DNA of 63,931 nucleotides, filler included, from Catajapyx aquilonaris (Eukaryota): NCBI GenBank assembly GCA_000934665.2. It is 2 parts of 2 records of this genome, joined end to end, with 100 filler letters (N's around TTAATTAATTAA, not from the genome) between each part and the next. Parts side by side here need not be neighbours in the genome. Positions count along the whole stretch, not along the records: positions 32,090 to 63,931 come from JYFJ02004485.1; 1 more part is not named here. One strand, 5' to 3'. Shown piece by piece: positions 49,990 to 63,931 of this stretch (position 1 is its first letter; each line of letters starts with the position of its first letter). The notes under the pieces were generated by a model. It saw only the letters and a program-made list of their open reading frames with translations, ran no database searches and was not told where the DNA came from. The position numbers and the translations under genes were made by a program.

Positions 49990-50500
49990 ATCGTGATTAA
50001 TGCGATTCTCCTCGCCTAGAGCCGCCATGATGGAAGGCAACAGCTGCGAGCCTTTGCCGACAAGATATCATGGCTGCTTCATTGCATTCCATCCCTCGAC
50101 CCCCCCCNGAAAGGCTTTCCCTGACGGCAGCACTCAGGCACTGGCCTTAATCAATTCCACCGGAGTGATGTCTTCGGTGGGAAGTTTCTGCCCTGGTTAG
50201 ACTAGGCTGCTCTTCTGGATCCAGGTGGGAGAGGAATAACAGCCTGGAGCATGGACCACAGCTGCTGCCCAATTTGCAATATTCAGGGGATCCAACTCTC
50301 CTTTTTTGCCTCATTAGGTGCTGGACTAGTCAAGCTAACTGTGTGCCGGAATGTCTATCCGGCTATTTTGTTAAGCTATACGAGTATTCACCGTTCACAA
50401 GCTTGATCGTGGGACACCCCCTGCATTCTCAAGATGGGGTTAGTAATGAGTTGGGAGTTTTGCTCAGAGATGGCGTGGATGCAGGGGGGATGACGGGTGG
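49990..50500 (-). mobile_element. Decayed non-LTR retrotransposon fragment (pre-RT region)
   Basis: Reads ITPVELIKASA*VLPSGKA..G..G..NE, similar to the ITxxELxxAxxxLxxGKAPGxDGxxNE motif that precedes LINE RT domains. Confidence 0.45.
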
Positions 50501-51639
50501 CGCGCAAGATAGTAGTTAGTCGTGTGACGGTCTAGCCACATCTCTACGTTGAGACTTCCCAGGTTAAAGAGTCGCGTATGATCTTAGACAAGTGATATAA
50601 GCACACTGCGATTGAAAAGTACACTTGTCCAACTACACTCTCCAGTGAAATTAACAGTGATTACAGGATAATGAGCAATTATCTGCCACTCTTATCTCGT
50701 CCATGTCCCGTTCGCTGCTTTTCAGTCTACATGCTGCAATATTCTAATTCAGTGCATTTCCGTCTGCCCTCTACAGTGTAATCAGGGCTACGATCCGGAA
50801 AAATTAACGCGCAATCCGGAAATGGGCAAGATTGATCCTTGCACTATGGAGAGGGGGCTTGATCACGTTACATGGGAATGCTGCTTCGCACACCGGTCCG
50901 GAGTACAGTACTAGAGCATTGTACATTCTCCTCGCGTGAGATAGAATACATCTGCATTTAGCACCGATAAATTAAGCATGCTCTGTGCTTTTTGTTCGGA
51001 GGCATATACAGGGCTGCATTTGCTGGTAGCCCACAAACAGGGTTTTTTATTTGGCAAAAAATGTCAAATGGTTGTTGTGTTAGGTTCATCATATTTCCAT
51101 GTCATATTGAGATCGCATTTTGACAATAATTATTAAGCCGGATGCGACATTGCTGATTCTTTTTAAAAAATATTTTAGATAATTTTGCTTGGAAGGATAC
51201 AAGTACTAGGTGAGTTAATACTATTCGGATGTGATTTGCATAAGGTCGGAGGCACTCACTAAATTGCACTGTATTATTAGTTTATTACTCATGGCAGGCA
51301 GAAACGAGCTGATAATGACTGTTTAAATAGTAAGTAACAAACGTCTAAACTTCCGCAGTGTTTCAGCTCGCAATTCAAACAAACACAAAATATCATCATG
51401 TTTTTTTTAAGTAAAGAAGGTACTCAGCGATGTAGAAGTTCAATAATATACTGTAAGTATGTGTTAAAATTGCATCAAACGCATCAAAAACATTTTTACA
51501 GACTCACATTAATATTCCGACCTCAATTTGTGTTGTCATATTAATTTAAATCGATTTGTACTCTAGTCTCAAGCAGATAAATCGTCAGCTACACATTAAA
51601 CAGCATATTAAACTTCCTGAGACATTTTCCAAGCATACG

Positions 51640-52000
51640 TTTTCGCGACTTTGAAAATGAAGCCCCAGAATTACTCTTCCTTCTGGCCTTCTGGTAGGTT
51701 AACTAATTTTGTAGGGACTTGCCCGGAGCATACACATAAATCTGCAAGGCAAGAAGAAGTAGAAAGTTAGGCGCGGTATTATTAAAAGTAAGAGACTAGA
51801 AGGCCGAACTTCCCTAGTCCGCAAGTATCTCAAGCCCTGTAATAGTTTCCATAGGGAAAGGAGCTTTTTGCAAGGAGGAAAAGTAGTGACTTCGGGCAGT
51901 TTAGCAGCAATCTTCACAAACCGCAAAAAGCACTTCGGGTTTTAGTCCAATCAAAAAGCCTTGTGAATCATTTCTGAAGGATTTTGAAATTCCTTTGCAA
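51640..52000 (-). mobile_element. Decayed CR1/L2-type LINE reverse-transcriptase C-terminal relic
   Basis: Fragmentary motifs resembling RDLG and LGFI occur in the expected order, with many frameshifts. Similar relics are suspected at about 45100-45860(-), 47250-47650(-) and 49200-49500(-). Confidence 0.4.
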
Positions 52001-53233
52001 AATTTATCTAACGTGATGCAATTAGGAAGATGCCAGCTTGATTAATACCATGAAAGCGCTTGAAGCACCAACCTACGTGCGTGTATGCCTTGTGGTGTCA
52101 GGTCTAACCTTGACAACCCATAACTATGCAAATCGGTCTAATTAAATGATACCGACAGTTTTAGACGGTGGAAAGTAAGGGTACCCCTCAGAGGCTCCCT
52201 TTATTGAGATTGGGCTGAAGTCATTACGTCATTTAAGAGCGCCCAATTCACAGATGGGTACGGCCATTACTGCGGTATGGCTAATCACATTGATCGTTTT
52301 GCACACCTCAAAAAAAAGAGCCATAGCCTACCCTTTATCGTGGTGCTCTCAGATAACCTTAAATATGACAGGCCATTATAATAAAAAATATATGCGAAGA
52401 AAAGAACCTGAGTTCACACCAGGAGCCATTCCTCTTTGATTATAGCTTTCTTCTTCATTCCAGTAGATTGGAGGACTGCTCCACATTGGACTTTCCAATC
52501 GAAGGTCATTAATGCACAATGCTTAGAAGTGGAGCGCAGAGATGCGAGGGGAGCCAATTTAAAGGAACTTCCGCCTTGGCAAATTGCTCTGCTACGCCCA
52601 TGCTTTTATCGCGCCCTTAGACATTTCTGTACAGTTTCTCTTATAATGTAGCACATTTTTTAAAAGAAATACATCCATTTCCCTTAAAAATAATTATTGA
52701 AATAGTCACATCGTACGCATAGTCGCAAAGTTGTATATGTGATCATGCGCTATGGAAGTAACTATGGCTATTAAAAAGTAACTGCATAAGCAGCTTAGGG
52801 GCAAATTTGTCAATCACTACTGGCATATGTACGACATTACAAACAGTACAGTGAGCTTGTACTGTTGGGAGCAGGCGGCTTAATTTTTCAGTATTATTTT
52901 GAGCCCTTTGACGTTTGAAAGGCGCTGAAATAGTCAGCTGTTGTTGGTTGGTTGATTGGAAGCTTTAGCAACTAAGGCATCGCTGTTGGGCAAAAAACAA
53001 CGTAATTCAATACAATCAATACTGTAAAAGTAAAGTCAGTTAGTTGCATTAGTCTACCATGATGAAACAGTTTCATTCTGGTATCAATATTGATATTACC
53101 CCTATGTTATTATTTAGTAAACAGAATATATGCAATATGTACGAGAGGTGTACCATTAATATTATCAACTTTACCTATGTTAATATTTTAACCATATCAA
53201 CTTATAGTTCAGAGCGGTCAGTTCAAGGGTTGG

Positions 53234-53348
53234 AGAAAGTTGTGGCCAAAAGTCAACAGAGCATATTTAATGTGCTCTGTTGACTTTTGACCACAACTTT
53301 CTAAAGTTCAGTCCATTTTAGTATAAAATAATATACTAAAATGGACTG
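53234..53348. repeat. Two adjacent short palindromes
   Basis: AGAAAGTTGTGG.CAAAAGTCAACAGAGCA / TGCTCTGTTGACTTTTG.CCACAACTTTCT at 53234-53302, and CAGTCCATTTTAGTATA / TATACTAAAATGGACTG at 53309-53348. Confidence 0.8.
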
Positions 53349-55099
53349 GACCCTAGAAAGAGTGACAACCACTAAAAATTTGCCAAAATAATTTAGAAAG
53401 CAAGTTGCAGACCAGCTTGTGCAACTCACACGCTACATTACAAGAAAAAGTTTTAAAATTCCTGGCGAAAAACCAGCATGCACCAAACTCGCATTAAAAC
53501 GCTTCACATATGCCAAAAAAGGCAGCAATCTATTCTAAAAAGGAGCACGATGCAGAAGTTTCCGTAACGCATCATCATCATTCCATATATAGCAGAGAGC
53601 ACACGCCTTTTCCACACGAGTCCAGCCCCAGCACATGAGCCCGCACCACTTATGCAAACTAAGGGACCGGAGCCAGAGCTCGAACCTCCAGGGTTTATCA
53701 AAGGAACGTAAAAGCGCCATCTGTTATGGTCTTTTCTACAGAGGGCGCCAAAGGAGATTGGGTACGATGGGAAGGGGGGGGTGTCCTAGGCTAACAAAAT
53801 GGTAGGGCATTCAGTATGGCGTATGGGTGTTGAAGTTGGGGGGGAGTTCATCCTCTAGGATCTAAGGTCCGAGCAAATTAGCATAACACTTGCGTACACA
53901 TAGTCCCCTCCACTCCACCAATCCTCTATTCCCCTACAAAGTGCGGCTTTAACTGGATAACGGGTTCCAAGTTTCGTTTCCTCCTGAATCCACTCGAATT
54001 CAAGCGATGTCGCCTTAATCCGGAGAATCGATGGAAGGAAAAAAAAATTATTTCCTGTTTACTTACTAAGTAATATATTGAGAGAAAAAGTTTGAGTTTC
54101 AATTTGCAAGTGAACTGCAACAATGGGGAACAAAAAACATGTTTAGCTTAAATTTTGACAGATATTACATAATACTACAATACTATCTGAATCCTTGAAA
54201 ATAATGATTCGCCTCATTAAATTCCTAACCTTTGGTTCCAACTTTTTATAAGTACCTACTTACACTCTTAAAAATTGGCAAGATGGCGTCTAAAGGTCAC
54301 TTTTAACATTTTGAGACCAGTGCTTCGCTTCTCGGCTTGAAAATCGTTAACAATGGCCAAGCCTGTTCGTTTCCCTCCAGCTCATTACAGAGGAAGGTAA
54401 GAAGTTCATCAAAATCCGTTCATTGTACTGAAAGACGTGTTTGTTTCGCAAATGCGCCTCTAGTGTACTTGAATCGATGACTCCAAAAAAAAATTGTTTC
54501 CAAGTCTGTTCACAAGGGGGGACATATTTCACACCAAAAGTGCGCTGTGCACATTGTTTTCTAACAGCCCTGATCCTATGCCAAAATACACTCTGGTGGG
54601 GGGTCTACAAAATATGGGACCCATATTGTAAAAAATTCAAACCAGCCCACTCTACAGTGTATGTAAATTCTTCCTCAGGGAAAATTGATCGGGTTGGGGT
54701 TCGGCGGTCGGAGTCAGGTGCTGGTGTGTATAGGATGAAAGAGGCCTGCATTACGCGCTGCAGGTACTAGATAACACTATGCTCGCATTGACTAAAAATA
54801 TTCATGGACGTGTACTCTACTGCTGAAAAAACATATGCAATCCCCTTGATTCGTTGAGAAATATATGAGATTTTCAAAGGGTACCTACTAATCAAACATT
54901 GTGTTTATTGTTGCATACAGCTAGTGTCAACATGGGGCTCAAACAGTTTTTTCATCGACATTTCACATTGAAGTAGGCCTACAACACATCACATGTGACC
55001 GACAATTCCAAAAGCAAGCTTATGAAAGTTAAACACTTTGCATTATGTCAATAATCCTGCCTAGGGCAAGCTGATGTAAACAAAGTGATGGACTGCACA

Positions 55100-55555
55100 C
55101 TGTTTAGAAGTCGGTTGTTTACTTCAGAAACTAGCTCCAAAAAAAAGCAAAAGTTGTTGAAATTGACAATCCATACTCGCTCTTGAACTGATGACTTGAA
55201 CATGTGCACATATAAATAAGCATAATTTCATATTCTTGTACGTCCCACGCCATATATGCAGCCACTGTTGAATAAGGACAGATTCGGATCACATAAAAGT
55301 TGGAACCTCCATTTTCTTCCATATCAAAAGAGGTCTTCCCCATATATACAGTATATCCGATTCCTTTTATGCGGATTCGCAAGGGACGTAAGAGGATGTT
55401 GGAGGGTAAGGAAAGGAGGTAGAATAGTCTCCCACTATATTGCTTTTGACAACGAGGCACCATTCAAGGCTCCCGTGGGGCCATCATCTTTCCACCAGAC
55501 ACAAGGGAAAGGGGGCTTTTTTGCTTCTAGAAAAATGCAAAAATAAAATAAAATT
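55100..55555 (+). mobile_element. Decayed CR1/L2-type LINE 3' relic
   Basis: CTTGTACGTCCC...TATGCAGCCACTGTT corresponds to LVRP...YAATV (cf. LVRPxLEYAxxVW); it ends in AAAAT repeats. Confidence 0.4.
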
Positions 55556-58500
55556 CTCTCACGCCGTACTGTTGGTGAAGGCACGTTTGAAGCATGTGGA
55601 ATTATGCGGGACAAGATTACGTCGTTACCTCGGCCATGATCATGTTGGGAGCAGGCGGGTTATAGTTTAAGGGTTCAAAGGCAGGGACTAAGGGAAAGTG
55701 AAATTAGAATGAATGGGCGTGAAATGCATCGCCTGATTGGAAAATGTGATTCGCTTGCTCCAGTTGTGTCAAGTTATACAGCAAGTACGACTCGGGTAAT
55801 ACGTCTGATAGAGAATGTAAAAGAATGCAAAAATGTGACTTGTTTACAATGTTGCACCCCACGTGGCAACAATGTTCTTTGTAAACGGCAATGGGGCTAA
55901 TGTTTATGTCGAAAAATAAACTGTTTAAAATCATTCTCAAAGGGTACTTTATGGTAGTTGAGTCCTTTTTCTGATAGAAAATTTACCATCCCGTATCCTT
56001 TGAACAAACTTCATCTCATATACTGATGCAGTCTTCAAACGCTCGCATCTCAAAAAACAGTACACACTGATCGTTCTGCATTTCAGGTCTTCATATGGCC
56101 AGTCCTCTTTGATGCCCTAGTTGCACAATATTTGACGCATTTACTCCGCCTACCGCTAATGAGGCAAATGCTCATGCACTGCCCACGCACTAATATTGTA
56201 TAGTACATGCGGTTGGTCAAACTAATTAAACACCAGATGGATTGCGAAAATCGACTTATTTTAGAACCTACGTGCGTCATAATATGCTGTACTGACAGTA
56301 AACAATAATATGTCATTTTAAGTCAGGTTTTAGAGTCATATTGGTTATGTGGTTTTATTGGTTTGTAATAGACCACAGTATTGTCTTTCAATTGTGCATC
56401 AGTCATGACCGTACAACATGGGACAAACATATCACTCTATCTGTACCGACACCCCCTCAAGGGCCCGGCTGAATCAATCAAACCATGACATGAAAAAATA
56501 ATATCGAGGGACATCCACAGGGTATGGCCATCATTGTGTCACTCCATTGTAGTGTGCTAGACATATACATGGCTTTGGTACGTGACCCTCAACGATTCCG
56601 CTGTTGGCATGAATGCAAATGAGCCCTACTGCCCCCTGCCAGTCCAGCCATGTTATGTCCCCTACTTTTCACACGCTCGTAAAATTTAATTTTTCAGCTC
56701 ATTTTTGTCCCCCAGTTGAAAAAGCACCCTACATTCCTCTAACAATACAAATAGATGATCATCTGCTCATAAAGCTGGTTCTAATCTTGGACAAACATCA
56801 CCCATAGGGTTTATAAAAACTAAGCCACCATTTTGATTCTCCCAACCGTATGATTTGACAATTCAGGCCCCCCGATTTTTTCTTTCATAATGTCGATTCG
56901 TGCGCACGAATGACATGAAATGTGCATCGTGTTGGGAGGGATACTATAGGTTCGATGGACTAAACAAAATACTATGGTGCTTAAGCTGGGATGAAATTGT
57001 GACTAATGAGATAGAGCACTGGAAGGAATCAATTCCAATGTGACGCAAGCACGGCAAGATTTGCCTGCCTTCATTAGCGAAACTCGATTAAACAGACTGC
57101 ATTGTGGGGAAATCAATGTCGCTTCAAACAGAGCTTGTATCACGGTTTGTAGTACGTTTGACGCCAAAACAGGATCCGAGGTTTAAACTAAGTTTGCGTC
57201 TTATTGTCAGTTAGAGTATGAATGGATGGTCTAATCATCTCCAAGTTGTGTCAACTTTGTATGGGTATATAGTGAGCTAATTATGTCGAGAGAGTCCTGC
57301 TCAGATTTTAATTTCAATAAAATATGAACAGTTTAAAATTATTTTATAGTCTAACGACTCTAACCTAACCTGTGGTATTACAGGCACATTTGATTTTTAA
57401 AGAGGTGTAGCAATAAACAAAATTATGTGCTACTGACCACCCAATTGTTACAAGTATAGTCGTTCAAATGCAGCCTATCACTAATACTGGTTCCAATTAG
57501 TTGAAGTGGTTGTCTCAATAATGACACGTCCATTAACAAAACATATCACCCCCTAGAGAGCACCTATCCCATAGGCTAATACATGTACTGTGTGGTATGA
57601 TCGATAGCAAAGTATTTGTAACAATACATTCTCTCAATCCGTTTGTCTCGCTCTAATCTTCGCCACTGTATGACGGAAATGAAATTGTGGTTTTCAGTGA
57701 AAATCACATGATGCTGCGAGGCATGATGCAGTTTAAAGGCCTTAACTCAATTTTGTTGCCTCCTGCTGCTCTTGCTTCTAACATCTCGATGATGCTGGAA
57801 CCGTGCTTTGCTCAAAATTGGTCCAATTTGAAGCACAAGGAGAGTTGAAACGCCTCCAAAAACACATCACTACTACTGCAGATTCGTTACAATTAACCCT
57901 TTTTTTCCTACAATGAGGAATCCAAGTCTAACGCGATCAACAATGCGAGTCGTAAACTGGGTCTCTCCGACGTTAAGTTGGTCCCAGAACCTGGGTGAAA
58001 ACACACAAGTCGTTACAAACGACGGACAGGGGGCAATTCCAAGCAGCTCTTCCACTTGACACGAAGTTGCAATTCCATCCATTTTATTTCCACCAGATCG
58101 TCCGAAGCTACCCCCGTAAAGTCCGAGGGTCAAATGGAAGGCACTTAAAGCGAGGTTCGAGCTTAGCAAAAACCGTTCTGGTGTAAGTGCGATGCAAGTA
58201 ATGTAGTTTGTGCAATTACCACTTGGGTCACTTTTCATCGTTGCATGATGCAAGATTGATCGTAATCTCCTTGAAGGTTCATCATCCTTTATAACGAGCA
58301 GTATGTCAACCAACAATGACCATCCAAAACCGCGGCAGGACTGAAAATGGTAGGCCATCAGCTTAATTCCGCATCAACTATTGTAACTTTTCCTTTCTTT
58401 TTGGACCAAAATCGGGATGAAACCACGGGGTCGAGCAGTTATATCCTACGCTGGTACACACTAATTGGGAATCCTCAAAGCTCTTCTGATTGTGTCCCGG

Positions 58501-61500
58501 ACCTCTCTTTTTTTGTGCAGTATCCCATGAAGTGCCCGAGGTCCCCCCCTTTTTTTGTCTTCTCCCCCCCAATAATTGGGGACCCGTAGTTATTATTACT
58601 CGTGGTTGTTGATTGCTGGGATGCTGTCCTATACTCCTGGAAACAATTAACTCCTCTGGAATTAATCCCGAAGCCTGTGCAGTGCGACCTGTCCCGTAAG
58701 TAGCATCAGCAATGCTTTGTGGGTTTTTCTGCTGTTTATATGATGTACTGCGAATGCTGAGCGTATATTTTTCAAAGGGGAAATTTTATTCATAATTTGC
58801 TTTGACTGTAATATTTACAAAGAGTGTATTGAAATTGTAAATATAGGTCAGGAATAACGGGATCCGGACTTATGGCCCCCGCCGTTTCGCCACCGGTCTT
58901 CTGGCCCCCGGCGTATTCGCCCCCGTGACATATTCCATGAAGCAATCTACTGGGCATTTCTAGAAAAGTGGGGTCACTAGCAGCGTACCATTAGATTAGT
59001 AAATAAGCTTATTTCAGTCTGTGCTTCAAAAATAAATAGATGCCTCGGTCCATCAATAAATAAAACATTCGCACTCGTCCTTGCGTCCAAATGTCAACCT
59101 GACCCTCTCTCCCTAATTCCCTATGTGTGTCCCCATGGCTCCAATTTTAATTATTTATCAAGAGCGTACCCCTCCTATGTTTTTTTTCCTCTCCTTGTGC
59201 TCCCCAAGCTACTACAGTAAATGCAAACGAGCACAAAGGATAAAAGCGTTGGATTCGTAGGTGGGTGGAAAGCAGAGGCGAAAGGTTTGTTGCAATTCAA
59301 TCGAGTTTAACGCCCCCCTCGGGGCTTCATTTCGTGCTAATGTGGGACCCTGCGGTCCCAGTCCCACCTGCGCCTCCTTTTGATGACAAATGAAAGGTCA
59401 GCTGGAAGGGAAGGTCTGGCAAACAACCCCCCCCCCCCCCACATCCACTCCTCTGTCCCCTAAAACCCAACCACCCACATCCACAACTGCGGGCCAGCAA
59501 GTGGAAAGGGGGGTTGATTAAGGTGCCACAATTTTGCATCATTCGATTGGCTAAATGGGACACGAATTATTTGCAACCCAGATGTCCTATAGGCTAAGAT
59601 TAGCTCTGATCTGGTGATAGGAAACCAAAGCTTCAGCAAAATTTCTACGTGTTCTGATGGTTGCCTACCACCAGGATTTGGCTGAAAATCTTCGACAATA
59701 ATATGGATTTTTCTTGTTCAAAAATTGATCATGCCAAATATCTGTCAAAAACAGTTCATTAGCATATTCACCAAAATGGGACTGAAATTGGCATAATTTT
59801 TGCATAAATGGTAACTGAATTCATAGTAATAACCGCAAACTGATCAAAAAATTGAGTGAAAATTAATGTGTTAATTGCATCATTTATTCATGCATTTAAT
59901 TTACATGCAGTTCACTGTGCACATCCAGGCTTTAAAGAGAGACGTCAATATACCGAATATTCCCCTACTCGTTATCTCCGGAATGACACGATTCATAAAC
60001 CATTAGTAAAATTAAAATGTTGCCAACCGTGAAGAAACCATTCCTTTACTTCATAGGGATTTCAAAGGAATATTTCAAAAGGAGTATTTACCCCCCACTG
60101 GACCATAAGGTTCGCATTAAAACGAAAGACGATGAAAAAAAAATTTGAATGCAAGTACTCTTCTTTTTTTCTAACTTATTCTGCAGCCTTTGATGGCACA
60201 CCATGAAAAGTGTTCCCTCACAGAGAATCCTCCTGCGAATACCAACTCTGAAGTTTAACGTGCAGGAAATACCTCCCTCATCTCTAACTTTCCTTGTACA
60301 TTAACCTGGTCTGCAGAAGACAATTAGAGCAAATTAATGAGATAATCGGGGCCTCAGCTGTGCTTCGATCTCTCTAAGTCTCTCTCTCTCTCTGCTAGCT
60401 CCACTTTTTGCTCTCTATTCACTTTCCAAACTGCGTGCTTCCACCTAGATAAGTGAATTAGAAGCAAGCTGTTGACTTCGCCACTATATTTGCACACTAG
60501 ATTCACTTCATTCGCAGAGATTTAGGGCTGTAATAATATTCGTGCTGGTTTCGTGCCGTATCGCAGTTGGAGGGACAATGTTCATGTGTATATTGTTTAA
60601 TGTATCATATTGAAAATCGATATGACTGTAAAATGGCTGAGGTCGCTTCAAAACACGTCAACAAGTGGCTGACTGCTGCCAAACAGAAGGAAAACTATGC
60701 AAATGTTTTTTGGAGTGGACAGATTTTTTAGCTTGTTTTTATCGAACTTGTCATGTTTCATCAGTTGGGCAGTTTTGTTGCTGTTATCGTTTTTATTGCG
60801 CTTGTTTTGGAAATGTGAAATACCAATAGACAACCTCATTCAAATTGTATGGTTAATTCTGTGCGACACCTATTTATTTAAGGTTGAATGTCCTAATACA
60901 TACATGCAGTACAGTACATGAACATACGTACAGTACAGTACATACATGCAACCATATCATTTCCATGAATATGTCAGTAATCATACAAAGTACAGAAAAA
61001 CAACTATGGTGCAATAATAATTTTCATTATCCCTCTTTACATTGCTTCAAATCGAATTAGAGGGAAAGCATGATCACATAAAAGCATATTAATTATAATG
61101 ACACGAATATCCGCATTGTGATGAGACATTTTCGAAAACATTTGCCTAATGTCCTGCATCCAGAGTAATCTACATTCCATACTGCTGCCCTGACGAACAT
61201 GATTCCATGGGTTCCATTATTACCCTCACAAAATGCCCTCCTCTTTTTTTCCAAAAAAATTAAAGCGATTCTCTGCCGAACTCGCTCAGCCAACTCTTTA
61301 ATCATCCTGATCCCATTAATTATTTAATCCAGCCCACTTCCTTACAAAGCAAACCTGCATGTCATCATAACCCAGCTTCACATTTTTTCTCTCCTTTCTC
61401 AGCAAGTTTTCAAAAGGTTTTTTTTTGGATAGGTAAATTCATTTTGAGATGCAAATGGGCACATCCCTTCTCTCAGATTCCATGCTAATCGTACCTTTTC

Positions 61501-63162
61501 ACGTGATAAATCGACGAGCTCAAATTCGGCCTCAGCAAATGTCGCTCATAAGTTTTCGCCATTAAGCCTTTAAACCAATTATTCAACAGCAGACTCTGTA
61601 CAAGTTCCCATATTGTTCAAATCAGCATGGCATATTGCGGAATATTGATGAGATGCAATTAATGTGACAAATCTTCATTATGATTCTACGTCCTTGAGAA
61701 GACTAATGAACATAGCTGGCTGCTGGTTCGTTATTAATCAGCAAACCATATAGGGCTGAATTAATTTAATGCTCCCCCTCCTTAATAATTTCGCGTTAGC
61801 AGTTCGTTAAATTATTGCATAAAATATAAGGCGATAATTAATAGCATATTCAGTCACAAAAATCGGGGATGGGCCTTTCCACTAGAATCCAATAACGAGC
61901 TGTTTACCAACGCCGCCTTCGTCATAACCTGCATTTGCATATCATTAATGCAGGTAACGATCTGGGACGTTTAATAACAGGCACCTGAATTGTTTCATGA
62001 GCTGCACTTAGCATGAACTGTAAGTTAATTACGCACACGTTTGACCGGTTAGCAGCCGGTTAATTGACTCCCATGAATTTCACCGGTACAAACTTTGAGC
62101 ATATTCACATGTTGGTTGCTTGACCTCTACTTGCCTATTTTTTTCTATTTTTCGAAAGAGGGTTAGGGAGGCTTCCCTTTGTGTTGCCCTCCCCACCCTA
62201 GTCATCATCATGGTCCAAGATGGCTGCCCCATTTATTCGGGTTTCCAAGCTGCCGCGCTCCAAACTCCACAGAAAGCAAACGCATTTTCTCCGTTCCATC
62301 GCCTCCTGCCAGCCCCGTCTATTAGGGGAGTAATTTAATTGAGCCAGAAGAAGAGGGGGGCACCCCCTCCACTCCCTTTTGGAAAATGGGGCGAAAAAGG
62401 AAAAGCAAAGTTCTTAACTGCAGCTAACTATAAGCATCCCACACACTTTGTCACATCGAACGAGGGACACCTTCGAAGGACAAAAATTATTACCACCATT
62501 CTCCATGTTAATGGCTTTCCAATATGGTTTTCTAAAAGGTAGTCAGGATGCATTACTACGGCTACGGCTACTGCTACGGCTACTGGAAGCGAATTGCAAA
62601 CAGCAAACTGCAGGTGTCCCCCTAAGGCTTACATAGTACATCACTCAGGACATGCTGGAGCTACTTAGAATAAACCTGGTGGCACTCCAGGCAATGGCAT
62701 GGGAAAAACTGTGGACACCAAAAGCCCGGGGCCCATCTTTACAACCAAGTTTCAGAGCAGCGTAGCGTTACTTGGAAGCGAAAAAAAAAATTTACAGTCC
62801 TCATCGCCAAGAAATATGGTTTCCTTCGCCGGCTCCAAATCTTTTTGAAACCGATGGTGTTCCGGAGCCTTAACGTAGGACCATATTTCAAGACAAAAAT
62901 GGACGCTAATCGTGTGAGTGGGCGAGAGAGGGGGGGGGGGAGAGGAACGCTGCCTGAGATGTTGGCCATGCATTTTAAAAGATCTAGTCTTTTATTAATG
63001 AGGAGAATTTTTTGTAGCTGAGGGTGCTCTTTTGGAGGAAGCTGAAGTGATGATATCAGTATACGAACGAAGTTCTTTGCTGTAATGGGAAGTACTGTAC
63101 AAAAATGAGCTTCACGATTTAGGTTAGCTAATATTGATCCCATGAGTACACCTGTTGGTTAC

Positions 63163-63447
63163 CTTTCCAAATTAAATTAATTACCAACATTCTTTTAATC
63201 CAAACGCAACATTACGTTTTCTACTGCCTGTCACTTTTCTTTGTTATTTCTCTGCAGACTGCTGGGTAGAAGAATAGAGAATGAATCGATGAAGAAAAGA
63301 CTCAGCAGAACTACTGTGTGAAAACCGCAAGCTCTTCACTTCTGGTTTCCCAGCCGAGCCAACAAACCAAGCAAAGGCAAGCTAGTCAAGTCCAGATCAA
63401 CTCGACCGCACATAAGTCTGCTCTGCAAGTCTCAGGAGCTATATATA
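63163..63447 (-). promoter_or_regulatory. Possible TATA promoter and non-coding first exon of a minus-strand transcript
   Basis: TATATATA at 63440-63447, about 250 nt of UTR-like sequence, and candidate donors G|gtaatt (about 63184) or AAG|gtaacc (63162). No downstream coding exons were identified. Confidence 0.25.
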
Positions 63448-63859
63448 GGACACCAAAATGAGCTTATTTTACAGGAGACAGAAGCTCCCCCTGTTTGCAC
63501 TTAGAAATTCTAGATCCGCGGGTTATTTTGTCAGAATGACGTTTCCACGACGGTGCATAATTAAAAGATTTAAAAAAAATTGAATGTGGGATGAAAGAGG
63601 GGCTAGCCTGCCATGCTGACATTTAGAAGCTGGATCATATTGCTTTTGACAGTACTTCCAGGGAGACAATATTGTGCCGAATGAATTTTTTAAAGGTTAA
63701 AGGATATGCCGAAGGTCACCCTTACTCTGAAATGATGGAATTTTGTGGAAAAAATATATTCCTCTCCCTTTTCTTCGTGCGATAAGTAAATACGCATGTA
63801 GTATACACCTTATTTTATACATACATAAATCTATCCCTTCACTGCACTGTATATTACGT

Positions 63860-63931
63860 CAGTGGCGTAGGCAGGGGGGGCCCCGGGGGGGCCGCCCCCC
63901 CCCCCCGAAATGTTGAGAAAAATCAAGAGGC
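63860..63931 (+). mobile_element. Left end of a probable hAT-like MITE, cut by the window edge
   Basis: The CAGTGGCGTAG-G-rich/C-rich terminus is typical of non-autonomous hAT elements; similar ends occur at about 8303, 9940-9968 and 10420-10458. Confidence 0.45.

Noticed and set aside
57873..58358. 161-aa minus-strand ORF
   Set aside because: It has a non-ATG start, no recognisable domain, and no consistent exon chain.
63195..63212. Partial resemblance to miR-219 (TCCAAACGCAA), and to miR-263 at about 57017 (GCACTGGAAG)
   Set aside because: The seed sequences do not match and there is no precursor-length hairpin.

Overview
Repeat-rich, intron-containing animal DNA, most likely an arthropod and probably a hexapod. 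The basis is TATA + TCAGT initiator promoters, TATCGATA/DRE motifs, an odorant-binding-protein-like gene and tRNA-derived SINEs. A 100-bp scaffold gap with an artificial TTAATTAATTAA linker (31990-32089) splits the window, so the two halves may not be contiguous. Most ORFs in the supplied track are spurious; the real genes are spliced and were assembled by hand. The informative part is 34-42 kb. (i) A 3-exon + strand gene (39656-40272) encodes a 102-aa precursor: signal peptide, a 43-aa 10-Cys strongly cationic granulin-like peptide, a Gly-Arg processing/amidation site and an Asp-rich C-terminal propiece; it is a candidate new host-defence or toxin-like peptide. (ii) A convergent 5-exon - strand gene (41835-40909) encodes an atypical OBP-like protein with extra cysteines and an RRRR site. 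(iii) A divergent - strand unit has an exon resembling the first helix of an NF-YB/Dr1-type histone fold (38629-38390) that is phase-compatible with three exons of a PTPN13-like pre-FERM/FERM-N region (35132-34306), which then appears to degenerate. The rest holds an internally deleted mariner with intact TIRs/TSD (10697-11606), several SINE families, many MITE/foldback palindromes, decayed LINE, mariner and protease relics, a ~0.9-kb minisatellite and microsatellites. Family assignments come from recalled motifs, not database searches.
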